NCBI GenBank assembly: GCA_903856085.1
Contig: CAIOAT010000050.1
Coordinates: 422 to 64,421, forward strand
Reading direction: 5' to 3'
Source: Candidatus Omnitrophota bacterium
Lineage (GTDB): Bacteria > Omnitrophota > Omnitrophia > Omnitrophales > Aquincolibacteriaceae
Length of the DNA stretch: 64,000 nucleotides
In this document: positions 28,625 through 38,130 of the stretch, one piece after another
Layout of the letters: every line of letters starts with the position of its first letter
Numbering within the stretch: position 1 is the first letter of the stretch
The notes under the pieces: model-generated
What the model was told of the DNA's origin: nothing
Database searches by the model: none
The model's input: the letters and a program-made list of their open reading frames with translations, nothing else
Program-made: the position numbers and the translations under genes

Positions 28625-29701
28625 ATGGGATCTATTGCACCAACCCAATACTGGAAAAAACTGGCCGACAGCAAAGTCCAGTGCAACCTCTGCCCCCGCC
28701 ACTGCAAGCTCGTGGAGGGTCAACACGGATTTTGTTTCGTACGGGCATGCCAAAACGGCGCGATCGTGCTTACAACTTACGGTCGCGCAAGCGGCTTCTG
28801 CGTGGACCCGATCGAAAAAAAACCACTCTTTCATTTTCTCCCCGGAACACCGGTCCTGTCCTTCGGCACGGCTGGATGCAATCTCGGCTGCCAATTCTGC
28901 CAGAATTGGAGCATTTCCCGTTCGCGCGAAACGGACACACTTGGGGACGACGCCGCTCCTGAACGCATTGCCAAGGCCGCCAAAGAACTCGGCGCTCGAA
29001 GCGTCGCTTTCACGTATAACGAACCGCATATTTTCCATGAATACGCGATCGATACGGCCAAGGCGTGCCATAAACTTGGGATCAAAACGGTCGCTGTAAC
29101 GGCAGGTTATGTGTGCGCTGAGCCCCGAAAGGAATTCTATGCTTGGATGGATGCGGCCAATGTGGACTTAAAAGGTTTCACGGAGGATTTTTATAAGAAA
29201 TACACCGATAGCGCGCTCCAACCGGTGCTTGAAACGCTTCTTCACCTCAAGCACGAAACTAAAGCGTGGTTTGAGATCACAACACTTTTGATCCCTGGCC
29301 TGAACGATTCCGAAAAAGAGATCCGTGCAATGACGGACTGGATCGTAAAAAATTTAGGGCAAGATGTCCCGCTCCATTTCACGGCCTTTCATCCCGACTA
29401 TAAAATGATCGATCTCGAGCCGACTCCGGTCCTGACACTCCAAAAAGCCCGCAAGATCGCCCTGGCAAGCGGCCTCCACTACTGCTATACCGGCAACGTC
29501 GAAAACTCCGAAGGCGAAACCACTTTTTGCCACGGCTGCGGCAAAACATTGATCGTCCGCCATGGGTATTCAATCAGGGAGTGGCATTTGAAAGAAGGAA
29601 AATGTAAATTCTGCGGCGCTTTGTGCGCGGGGATTTTTGAGGAAAAACCTGGAACTTGGGACTCAAAACGCTTGCCCGTTCGGCTTAATGCCTTTCCCTA
29701 A
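28625..29701 (+). CDS. amrS: AmmeMemoRadiSam radical SAM enzyme
   Basis: CNLCPRHC, DPIEKKPLFHF.PG, GCNLGCQFCQNW, FTYNEP, AFHPDY, GNV, C..C...C..C. Confidence 0.95.
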   Translation: MGSIAPTQYWKKLADSKVQCNLCPRHCKLVEGQHGFCFVRACQNGAIVLTTYGRASGFCVDPIEKKPLFHFLPGTPVLSFGTAGCNLGCQFCQNWSISRSRETDTLGDDAAPERIAKAAKELGARSVAFTYNEPHIFHEYAIDTAKACHKLGIKTVAVTAGYVCAEPRKEFYAWMDAANVDLKGFTEDFYKKYTDSALQPVLETLLHLKHETKAWFEITTLLIPGLNDSEKEIRAMTDWIVKNLGQDVPLHFTAFHPDYKMIDLEPTPVLTLQKARKIALASGLHYCYTGNVENSEGETTFCHGCGKTLIVRHGYSIREWHLKEGKCKFCGALCAGIFEEKPGTWDSKRLPVRLNAFP

Positions 29702-29749
29702 ACAGAAAAGCTGTTAGCGAAAAGCATTAAGAACTTTCCCATTTCACGC

Positions 29750-30265
29750 TCATCGTGTCCGGCGCTTTAGAATTTGATCACTGTAAGAATCCGCGACGAG
29801 ATCTTTTGCGCGTATCCCAAAAAGCTTTCGATAAAACTCGCATTGTTTTTTAAGATTCGCGATTTTTCCACGTCCGAACACCTCAATCTCCACAAATTTC
29901 CCAAGCCCATTAACTTGATCGATGTGGAATTTCACATTCCGGATAAAATAGATCTCGCGCTTTTTATCGACTACGGCCAAAATGCCGAGCGCTCCGACCA
30001 GGACTTTTTTAAGCGGCGTCTTTTTTTTGCAGGGGAAAAGAATGGAGTCGCATTTCTTGGATTTTCTTTGATCCTTCCGATTGTAATAGATGAGGGCATT
30101 CTCGATATCGCCTTCGCGGAGCTTTAACCGACCCGTAGGAGCACGAAAATACGTGTCGATCTGATGATCGAAGCCTTTAAAGACTGCGCGCTGGATCTTG
30201 AGAATGGCGCGAACACGTCCCGGATCAGGGCATCGCGCCTTGATCTCAATTGAGGTGCTTCGCAT
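29750..30265 (-). CDS. CYTH domain protein (class IV adenylate cyclase-like)
   Basis: EIKAR, QIDTYF, RLKLRE, K.R, HID.V.GLG.FVEIE, SYSD. Confidence 0.9.
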   Translation of the reverse strand: MRSTSIEIKARCPDPGRVRAILKIQRAVFKGFDHQIDTYFRAPTGRLKLREGDIENALIYYNRKDQRKSKKCDSILFPCKKKTPLKKVLVGALGILAVVDKKREIYFIRNVKFHIDQVNGLGKFVEIEVFGRGKIANLKKQCEFYRKLFGIRAKDLVADSYSDQILKRRTR

Positions 30266-30274
30266 GAAGAAATC

Positions 30275-31501
30275 TCAGGAACGCTTCAAGGGAAGCGTGA
30301 AAGCAAACGTGGACCCCTTGCCCGATTGGCTCACGACCTCGATCTTTCCGCCGTGGGCCTCGACCATGCGCTTGGCGATCGCGAGCCCCAGTCCTGTGCT
30401 TTTTTCACCGGCAGTCGGGAGCACGTTGGTCTTTCCAAAATAGTGGAACAGCTTGGAAATTTCGCTGGGGGGAATGCCCTGCCCCTGATCCGTGACAGAG
30501 ATCACCACCTCCTGGTCACGGGAAATGGCCCGCAGAGTAATACGGCTTTGGGGCTTTGAAAACTTGATCGCGTTCGTGATGAGATTGTTGATAGCCTGAT
30601 CGATACGACTGGGATCCATCGAAACTTTCGGAAGACCTTCCGGGATCTCCAGAACCAGTTCAATCGACTTGGCTTTCGCTAAGAGAGTGTTGTACCGTGC
30701 ATTTTCTCTCAAAAAAGTAGCCAAGTCGATTTCTTGCAGGACGAGGGTTAGATGCCCTGACTCGATGGCACTGACATCGAGCAAATCGTTGATCAAAGCG
30801 AGCATTTTGTCACAGTACTCGGCGATGGCTCGGATCGGTTTTTTCTGGGTCTCGTCGAGTTCTCCCATCAAACCGTCCGTGAGAAGATCCGCGTAACCTT
30901 CAATGACCGCGATAGGACTTCGGAGATCATGCGCCGCCATCCCAAGGAATTTATTCTTGAGATCGTTGAATCGAACTAGTTCTTCATAGAGCCGGCTTTT
31001 TTCGAGCGTCAAGGCAAGCTGACCCGCGATCTCCTGAAAAAGCTCCGTGTGTGCATTCCGATAGTTATCAACCTGAGTGCTCGAGAAAAAAAGAAAACCG
31101 ACAGGTTTCCCCGAAGCGATGAGCGGACACGTCAGACTCGAACGCATCCCCTCCTCCACAATATCGCGTGTGGATTTCGAACCCGGATGGTCCTTGAGAT
31201 AACCCTCCAGATCGTTCAGAATGCGCGGCTTGCCGGTCTGAAGGACCTTTTCCAGACTGCTGCCACGCATACCTGCAGAATAACCTTTTCCAATCTTGAT
31301 CAGGGGTGATTCCGAGCGGGCCCAATACGCCCGCAAAAGGGCGCCATTCTCTTCTAGAAGCGAGAAGCCGATCCGGCTATAAGGGATGATCGCGCGGAGA
31401 GAACCGTACGCGTAGTCCAGAACCTCGTCGAGGACTTTCCCGGCATTGATCTTCTCCGTAATCTGGAGAAGCGCCTTCAATTCTTCTTCCCGAGTCGCCA
31501 T
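30275..31501 (-). CDS. Cytoplasmic GAF-domain sensor histidine kinase
   Basis: GAF; H-box AAHDLRSP, N-box [21 protein letters not shown]. Confidence 0.93.
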   Translation of the reverse strand: MATREEELKALLQITEKINAGKVLDEVLDYAYGSLRAIIPYSRIGFSLLEENGALLRAYWARSESPLIKIGKGYSAGMRGSSLEKVLQTGKPRILNDLEGYLKDHPGSKSTRDIVEEGMRSSLTCPLIASGKPVGFLFFSSTQVDNYRNAHTELFQEIAGQLALTLEKSRLYEELVRFNDLKNKFLGMAAHDLRSPIAVIEGYADLLTDGLMGELDETQKKPIRAIAEYCDKMLALINDLLDVSAIESGHLTLVLQEIDLATFLRENARYNTLLAKAKSIELVLEIPEGLPKVSMDPSRIDQAINNLITNAIKFSKPQSRITLRAISRDQEVVISVTDQGQGIPPSEISKLFHYFGKTNVLPTAGEKSTGLGLAIAKRMVEAHGGKIEVVSQSGKGSTFAFTLPLKRS

Positions 31502-31537
31502 ATTTCCCTCAATGAGTATGAAAACGAGTCATCACGA

Positions 31538-31660
31538 CTGCCCAAACTTTTCATTCCCTTTCCAAAAGGGTAGCTCGGACAGCCCCTATCTCAACTCCGC
31601 TGAAATTGATCGCATCGGGATTGTCCAAGTCGCCATCGATGAAAAGACAGACTTGGGTGC
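31538..31660 (-). repeat. Dispersed structured repeat family 2, copy 1
   Basis: Core ATCCCGATGCGATCAATTTCAGCGGAGTTGAGATAGGGGC (31621-31582) followed by an 11-bp stem CTGTCCGAGCT/AGTTTGGGCAG. Confidence 0.7.
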
Positions 31661-31695
31661 CATGAGGATTTTTCAGGATTTATAAATCAGTACTA

Positions 31696-32580
31696 TTAAA
31701 ATGAAATTTTCATTTTATTCTTGAGAGCGCTAGCGGTGCTTTTGACTCCTGAGGTCACGCCCTTCGCCACATTTCCAACAGTCCCCGGAGCACCCTTAAG
31801 CACACCCTTGGCTTCATCCGCCAACGCAGACGGGTTCTCTGCTGCAGTCTTCAAAGTATCCAGACTTTTTGCCGCGGCTTGCGCTGCCAATTTCGTAGAA
31901 TTACCAAAAGCCCCTGTGAGGGTTCCTTCAAGTCCTCCGATATCAAAGCTCACCAGATTCGAGATTCCGGAACTCATCATCGCCTTCAGAACGATCAAAC
32001 GAACGACGCTATTGAGATCGGTGATATTCTGGTAACTTTGATCGAGGTTAATTCGGAATTCTTTCGTTGAAGGTTGGCCGCTCGAATAATCGACATAGAC
32101 GACTTTACCGATCTTAAGACGCATCATGTCGATCTGGACCGGCAGGGCCTTGGCGGGCGCTTGCGATCCCTTGTTCGGCGTTTGTGTGGACGCCCTTTGA
32201 GTTCCCTGCAAGGCCTTCAGCTTGTCCAGGTTAAGCACGCCTTGTTCATTCTTCACGACCGTAAACTGCTTCATATTAAATTCGAGATTCTCAAGATGAA
32301 CTTTGCCTTTCAAAATATCGGAGAGATTGTAATCGACAAGGATCTTCGGAATCTCGACCAACGTGGTGTCGTGAAACCCGGTGGGGTTCTTGACGACGAG
32401 ACTTTCGATGTCCACGAACGTATTCAAAAGATTAATGTCGAGCTTGCCCATGGAAAATGGCATCCCGGTCACAGCACGCACACCATTTTCTGCCGCAATC
32501 TTGACCACAATATTGCGCGCAAGCACCAACGCAACCAGCCCTACGATCACAAGCAGCATTAATTTTCCCAAGAGTTTCAT
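31696..32580 (-). CDS. AsmA family protein
   Basis: N-terminal anchor, V.NP.GF, G.VHLE, KN..G.LN, low-complexity C-terminus. Confidence 0.75.
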   Translation of the reverse strand: MKLLGKLMLLVIVGLVALVLARNIVVKIAAENGVRAVTGMPFSMGKLDINLLNTFVDIESLVVKNPTGFHDTTLVEIPKILVDYNLSDILKGKVHLENLEFNMKQFTVVKNEQGVLNLDKLKALQGTQRASTQTPNKGSQAPAKALPVQIDMMRLKIGKVVYVDYSSGQPSTKEFRINLDQSYQNITDLNSVVRLIVLKAMMSSGISNLVSFDIGGLEGTLTGAFGNSTKLAAQAAAKSLDTLKTAAENPSALADEAKGVLKGAPGTVGNVAKGVTSGVKSTASALKNKMKISF

Positions 32581-32638
32581 TTTCTTCTCCTTTTCATTTT
32601 AAAACGCCTCTGAATCATACCTTAGAATTCCAGTGACG

Positions 32639-34399
32639 CTAATCTACCACCGTTCTTTTCTCAGGCCTAGGTGTTTTAGCCGTACGCCGGAAGATCGCTT
32701 CTTCGACCGCGATCTCCTTGCGAGAACGAATGCGATTGAGATGATGTTCGATCCTTTCGTTGGGAATAGCCAATTGCTCGAGGACCAGCCGGTTCAGCTC
32801 ATGGCTTGCTTCCCACTCCTCCGTCACCACGATGTCCGCCCCCAACTCAAAAAGCTGCGGCATTTGCCCCTCGTAGCGCGCCCGGACCGCAAGGATCACG
32901 TCCGGATTCAGGTCCTGCACCACACGGATGATCTGCGTCATGCCGAGAGGATCCGGAAAGCTCACGATGACCGCTCTCGCACGGGCGATCCCGACCCGCT
33001 TGAGAACCTCCTGATTGGCCGCATCGCCATAGATCGCTTTCATATGCATCTTCTTCGCCTCGCGCATCTTGACCGGATTCATTTCGATGATAACGAATGG
33101 GATCTTTTCATCCTGAAAAGCCGTGGCCAGATCGCGCCCCGTCGGTCCAAACCCGCAAAGGATTACATGATCATGAAGCGCGGCCAGAGTCCGATCGGGC
33201 CGGGTCCAGTTCCGAGGCGGCATACCAAAGATCACAAACCGGCCGAGGATCTTCAAAACAAACGGGATCGACGCAAAAAGAAGTGGCGTCATCAACATGG
33301 TCAGAAACGCCGTCGAAAGCAAGACCTGATAAAGTTCCGGCGTAATGCGCCCTGAACCGCGCGCCATTTCGATGAGAAGGAACGAGAACTCCCCGATCTG
33401 CGAAAGAATGATCCCGGTGATCACCGCCACGCGCGGCGGGAACCCGAATGCCATGATCAGAAGCGTCATAATGACAAAATTGATAAAAAGCACCAGGCCC
33501 ACCACCGAAAGCACGAGGACGATGTGGCTAAGGAAAAAGTGGACGTCGAAGAGAAGCCCGATCGAAACGAAAAAAATGCTCACGAAAAGATGGCGGAACG
33601 GAATGATGTCCCCGATCAATTGATGCGAAAAACCCGTATTCGCGAACATGAAACCGGCCAGAAGCGCACCAATGGCCATGGAAAGCCCGAGCGCCCCACT
33701 TCCCCATGCCATACCCAAACATACCACGACCGAAAAAAGGAAAAAGATCTCACGATTGCGGATCGCGGCCACGCGATAAAGGAGCTGTGGCAGGAGAAAA
33801 CGCGAGAAGAAAAAAGCCCCGGCCAGAAGCAGGACGGTCTTCAGAAGTGCAAGCCCGAGGGCCAGACCCACCGAGCTCATGGACTGCCCAAAAGCTGAAA
33901 GAAAGATCATAAGCGGAACAACTGCAAGATCCTGAAAGATCAGGATCGAGAGAGCAATACGTCCGTGGGGCGAGTCGATTTCGGCACGATCCATCAGGTA
34001 TTTCAGCACGATCGCGGTCGAACTCACGGCGATGACCGAACCGAGGAAAAAACTTTCGTAGAACGTCCAGCCACGCCACCACCCGAAAGCCATAGAAACA
34101 GCAATGGAGACAAGGATCTGTAAACTCCCGCCGATCACCGCGATATTCTGCATGCCACGCAGACGTTCGATGGAAAATTCCAGGCCGATCGTGAGCATGA
34201 GCAATACCACGCCAAGTTCGGCAAGCATCCGGATATGTTCACTATCGGAAAGAATACCAAGGCCCTGAGGTCCGATGATTACACCCGTCAGAAGAAAACC
34301 CAAGATCGTCGGAAGATGAAATTTTTGGAAGATCACGGCAACGACCGTGGCCATCAAAAGAACCAGAAGGATCTCAGTTAGAAATGAAGTAGTTCCCAC
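32639..34399 (-). CDS. CPA2 cation:proton antiporter with TrkA-N (Kef-like)
   Basis: AELGVVLLM.TIGLEFS, SSTAIV, ILIFQD, QIGEFSF, HVILCGFGPTG, YGDA. Confidence 0.93.
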   Translation of the reverse strand: MGTTSFLTEILLVLLMATVVAVIFQKFHLPTILGFLLTGVIIGPQGLGILSDSEHIRMLAELGVVLLMLTIGLEFSIERLRGMQNIAVIGGSLQILVSIAVSMAFGWWRGWTFYESFFLGSVIAVSSTAIVLKYLMDRAEIDSPHGRIALSILIFQDLAVVPLMIFLSAFGQSMSSVGLALGLALLKTVLLLAGAFFFSRFLLPQLLYRVAAIRNREIFFLFSVVVCLGMAWGSGALGLSMAIGALLAGFMFANTGFSHQLIGDIIPFRHLFVSIFFVSIGLLFDVHFFLSHIVLVLSVVGLVLFINFVIMTLLIMAFGFPPRVAVITGIILSQIGEFSFLLIEMARGSGRITPELYQVLLSTAFLTMLMTPLLFASIPFVLKILGRFVIFGMPPRNWTRPDRTLAALHDHVILCGFGPTGRDLATAFQDEKIPFVIIEMNPVKMREAKKMHMKAIYGDAANQEVLKRVGIARARAVIVSFPDPLGMTQIIRVVQDLNPDVILAVRARYEGQMPQLFELGADIVVTEEWEASHELNRLVLEQLAIPNERIEHHLNRIRSRKEIAVEEAIFRRTAKTPRPEKRTVVD

Positions 34400-34441
34400 A
34401 AACTCCCATTCTGTTGGAGAAAACGAATAACTCTTGGAACG

Positions 34442-34603
34442 GTCCCAGTACTTATTAATTTCAACAAAGTTGAAATTGAGGCAGTCCTTGTCCCAACCCT
34501 GATAAAAATTAACGGTTGGTTGGAACTACACTAATCACCATTCAATTTTTTAATTGAAATCAGTGTTGCCAACCCGCGAAGAAATCAGATTTTAGACAAG
34601 GAC
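34442..34603 (+). repeat. Dispersed structured repeat family 2, copy 2, with long hairpin
   Basis: Core GTCCCAGTACTTATTAATTTCAACAAAGTTGAAATTGAGGC, then GTCCTTGTC(34484)...GACAAGGAC(34603). Confidence 0.7.
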
Positions 34604-34865
34604 AGTATACAAAATCTCATGATCAATAATCCAGCAATATGCGCCTCCCTGAGTGCGGGCAATCTCAATACCTAACTGTTCTCGTCGACTATTCAAGTAA
34701 TGAATTTAAAGACAAGGGCCGTTAATGGAAAGGCCGAGACACCTGATTTTTTCCTTATGCCAAAGATCAAGTTTTATGCCCATAAATTGTCTTCAAAATG
34801 ATATCTTTTGCTATACGCAAGACTTCTTAATGTAAAAATTGATCGTTTATACTAGTTAAACAATC

Positions 34866-34894
34866 TTGCTTAACATCCCGCATAGACCTATACT
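34866..34894 (+). promoter_or_regulatory. sigma70-type promoter of the pilin cassette
   Basis: TTGCTT-17 nt-TATACT; AAGGAG SD downstream. Confidence 0.55.
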
Positions 34895-34935
34895 TGTAGT
34901 AGAGATAGAAAAAAATAATTCCAGAAGGAGAAACG

Positions 34936-35388
34936 ATGAGAAGCAGACAGGAGAAAACGAAAAAAGCGCCTCGCAATAAACAGGCTGGTTTCACACTTTT
35001 AGAAGTCATGGTTGCCCTTTCATTATTTCTAGTTCTTTTTCTAGGCACGGCGGTATCCATCATCACGAGCACCTATCTTAGTTCTATCGTAAAACACAAG
35101 GTCCAAGCGATGTATTGGGCTCAAAGATTCATTGAGGAGCAACGCCGACTCCCTTTTGCGACCCTCGCAAGTCTTCCTTCAGCCTCTGTCTCTATCGATA
35201 CGAAGGGCACCTTTGTCACACCCGCGGATGATCTGTCGGGAAACAGGGTCGTCACGGTCACAAATATTGACACCTATCGAAAGAGAGTCAAAATCGAAAT
35301 GAACTGGCAGGAGAAGATCCTAGGGGGAACGATCACCATGCGGGAATATTATTCAACGGATATCGCTTTCGAGTCTCAACTCAACTGA
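34936..35388 (+). CDS. Type IV minor pilin / pseudopilin (PilV-like)
   Basis: Class III signal QAG|FTLLEVMVAL. Confidence 0.85.
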   Translation: MRSRQEKTKKAPRNKQAGFTLLEVMVALSLFLVLFLGTAVSIITSTYLSSIVKHKVQAMYWAQRFIEEQRRLPFATLASLPSASVSIDTKGTFVTPADDLSGNRVVTVTNIDTYRKRVKIEMNWQEKILGGTITMREYYSTDIAFESQLN

Positions 35389-35403
35389 TAAAGGTGTGCA
35401 GCT

Positions 35404-35976
35404 ATGGCAGAATTGAGCTGTTTTCTAAAACACAGAAAAATCAAGCCCTCGAATGAGAAAGGATTTACTCTTGCGGAACTTCTCGCCGCAACCGCCCTGT
35501 CCGCTCTACTCACCGGCTTGATCCTCACGGCTCTGATATCGTCAAGACAGATCTGCACCTCAGTCACCGCAGACCAAGACCTTCAACAAACCGCTAACGT
35601 AATCATGAATAAAATCATCAAGGGGGGTTCGGAACCTGGCGGGATTTTTCGCCTTTCAGAGGCAACCTCTTATTCGATTGCCACTATCAGTGAGTTGCAC
35701 TTCACGGGAACGGACTCTATTGAAAGAAGATATTTTCTGAATAATACGGGAACATCCCTAGTGTACCGTCATCCGACAGCAACGGGTACACAGGACGAAG
35801 TTCTCTACACCGCTCCAACGGGAACGACACTCACGTTACGCTTCTGGCCGCTGGCAGGAAGCACTTATACCAATATTACGGTCGGCATTGATGTTGGGCT
35901 CGCCAGAGTTGTCAATAGTAGAAATGTCGTGGGTTCCGAGACAACGATGATCAATATAAGGAACCATGCCACATGA
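35404..35976 (+). CDS. Type IV minor pilin / pseudopilin (PilW-like)
   Basis: EKG|FTLAELLAA; C-terminal INIRN. Confidence 0.85.
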   Translation: MAELSCFLKHRKIKPSNEKGFTLAELLAATALSALLTGLILTALISSRQICTSVTADQDLQQTANVIMNKIIKGGSEPGGIFRLSEATSYSIATISELHFTGTDSIERRYFLNNTGTSLVYRHPTATGTQDEVLYTAPTGTTLTLRFWPLAGSTYTNITVGIDVGLARVVNSRNVVGSETTMINIRNHAT

Positions 35977-37262
35977 TAACTCCCGTGAAGAATAAAAATA
36001 ATCGGGGATTTTTACTCACCCTGGTTATGATCTACACTTTTCTGATCATGGCCTTTCTAGGGACCTTTCTGGTTATGGTGACCGGGGGTCTCAGGCAGGT
36101 CAATAAAGCGATTGAGAGCACGCGTGCCTATTATGTCGCGGATGCGGGCCTTGCGGATGCTTTCATGCAGTTAAGAGCGGCAGCTTCTTTTCCCGCAGCA
36201 TTCAATGCGAACAATGCCGGTTACCCTGTCGGGCCTAACAATCTCAATGGGAGTTATACTGTGGCCGTCACAACCAATGGTGCAACATGGCCCACCTACA
36301 CGCTGGCGTCCCGAGGCACTTTTGGCAATACCACAAAAACTTTGACACTACGCGTCAAAGCCACATCGTACGCCAGATGGAATTACCTAAGCGTTACCGA
36401 AATCTCACCCACCTGGGGTTCCTTGTGGTGGGTGACGGGCATGTACTCCGAAGGCCCCATCCACACAAACGGTCAATTCAATATCTGGGGTTCTCCTATC
36501 TACAATGGCCCGGTAAGCCAAGTTTCTTCTGCGATCAATTACGGAAATGGCGGCCCCCCCACAGATAATCCTAATTTTCAGAAAGGAATTACTCTGAGTG
36601 CGGATGCCATTGCTTTTCCAACCACAGATCTCCTGACCAGCGTCCAAAGCGGCGCGTCACAAGCTCAGGGACTTTCGCTGACCGGTAACACCACGGTAAC
36701 CTTGGTATCCGATGGCACCATGAAAGTCACTAATTCGAACAAGGGTTGGAATGCCAAAAGCATGGCCATTCCAGCCAATGGCGCTCTTTATGTTAATAAC
36801 GGAGATGTCACTGTCGGGGGGACACTTAAGGGACAGCTGACCATTGGTACCAATAACAACGTTTTGATCAGCGGAAACATTCGCTACAACACGGATCCCA
36901 GGACAAATTCCACGAGTACGGACTTATTGGGATTAGTCGCAAACACTAATGTGACCGTAAAACAAAGCGCACCCTCGAACCTTGAGATCGATGCTTACGT
37001 TGTTGCTTTAAACGGCGCATTCCAATTGGAGAATTTTTCGACCGGCGGCTACAAAGGAGATATGGTTCAGTTTGGAGGCTTGATGAACAAATATTGCGGC
37101 CCCACGGGGGTCATGAATTCTCAAGGGGTCATTATTGACGGATATAATCAGCTGCAATACTACGACACGCGGCTTCAAAATACATCACCTCCTTGGTTCA
37201 CAGCCGCAAAAGACACGGCAACCAGGATCCTTTATTACAAGATCGATCTCAAAGAAACATAA
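35973..37262 (+). CDS. PilX-like minor pilin with large C-terminal domain (DUF4900-like)
   Basis: RG|FLL lacking E5, AYYVADAGL, GPIHTNG, YYDTRL...PPWF. Confidence 0.8.
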   Translation: MITPVKNKNNRGFLLTLVMIYTFLIMAFLGTFLVMVTGGLRQVNKAIESTRAYYVADAGLADAFMQLRAAASFPAAFNANNAGYPVGPNNLNGSYTVAVTTNGATWPTYTLASRGTFGNTTKTLTLRVKATSYARWNYLSVTEISPTWGSLWWVTGMYSEGPIHTNGQFNIWGSPIYNGPVSQVSSAINYGNGGPPTDNPNFQKGITLSADAIAFPTTDLLTSVQSGASQAQGLSLTGNTTVTLVSDGTMKVTNSNKGWNAKSMAIPANGALYVNNGDVTVGGTLKGQLTIGTNNNVLISGNIRYNTDPRTNSTSTDLLGLVANTNVTVKQSAPSNLEIDAYVVALNGAFQLENFSTGGYKGDMVQFGGLMNKYCGPTGVMNSQGVIIDGYNQLQYYDTRLQNTSPPWFTAAKDTATRILYYKIDLKET

Positions 37263-37282
37263 GAATCTTCTAAGGAGCCGCT

Positions 37283-37750
37283 ATGACTGAAGATGGGAAA
37301 AAGATGCTCGCAATAGGCGTCATTTTATTTATTCTTGCCATTTTCGCGTTACATTCCGTACTCATGCTCAGGCTTAACCCGAAAAAAGCTCAAGAACCGT
37401 CTCTCGCAGCGCCGGTTCAAACTGCCGAACCTTCGGTGTCCGTACCGGCTCCAGAAGCCCCACTCTCTTCCGATGGCAGCCACCCGGTTGTCTCCATACC
37501 AACCGCTGAAGAAATAAAGCTAAGCATTGAAGATCAAAACCAGAAGCAGAAAGCTATGGAAGAACTGATGGCAACAAGAGACAGGAAAGCAAAAAAGGTT
37601 ATGGCCGCCGCCACCGCTGCATTATCTTCAGCTGGTTCCCAAGAAACAGTCTCTGAGGACAGCCCGCCACCGTTATCTCCAGAGGCAAGGGCCGAACGCA
37701 ACAAGGAGCTTCGAGACGGAATCAAAGCCCACCGCTACTTTCCCCGCTAG
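37283..37750 (+). CDS. Membrane-anchored hypothetical protein
   Basis: AAGGAG SD, N-terminal TM, Pro/Ala-rich linker. Confidence 0.65.
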   Translation: MTEDGKKMLAIGVILFILAIFALHSVLMLRLNPKKAQEPSLAAPVQTAEPSVSVPAPEAPLSSDGSHPVVSIPTAEEIKLSIEDQNQKQKAMEELMATRDRKAKKVMAAATAALSSAGSQETVSEDSPPPLSPEARAERNKELRDGIKAHRYFPR

Positions 37751-37773
37751 GAAGGAACCGGACCCCCTAAGCC

Positions 37774-38130
37774 CTATTTCTTTTTTTCCCACGCGCAGAC
37801 TTTTGGGATCTGGAGAAATCCGCTGTACTGAAGGAAGGAAACGCCAAGATATTGTTTTCCGGTCGCATTTTCACGAAAACGGAAAACACCGGCCGTCAGA
37901 TCCCCAAGCTTTGTATACCCCTTGCCTTCTGCGATCTTTCCCGCTGGGACCGTGGGGTCCCCCTGATCGTCGCGGCAAACTTTGTCCGAGAGCATTCCCA
38001 ACTGAGCGGAGTGGTAGAATTTATTGGCGGGATGATCCTTGGGGATCAAAGGAATAGTATCGCTCACCGGAGCAGAACACCCGGCGAAGAACACCACTAA
38101 AAGAATCTGTGCAGTGAATTTTTTTACCAT
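37774..38130 (-). CDS. Putative lipoprotein
   Basis: Lipobox FAGC; overlaps the trpB2 stop. Confidence 0.65.
   Translation of the reverse strand: MVKKFTAQILLVVFFAGCSAPVSDTIPLIPKDHPANKFYHSAQLGMLSDKVCRDDQGDPTVPAGKIAEGKGYTKLGDLTAGVFRFRENATGKQYLGVSFLQYSGFLQIPKVCAWEKKK

Noticed and set aside
34484-34603. 6S RNA (ssrS) call
   Set aside because: Only ~120 nt, no recognisable 6S consensus and not in the usual zapA/ygfA context; kept only as a candidate structured RNA.
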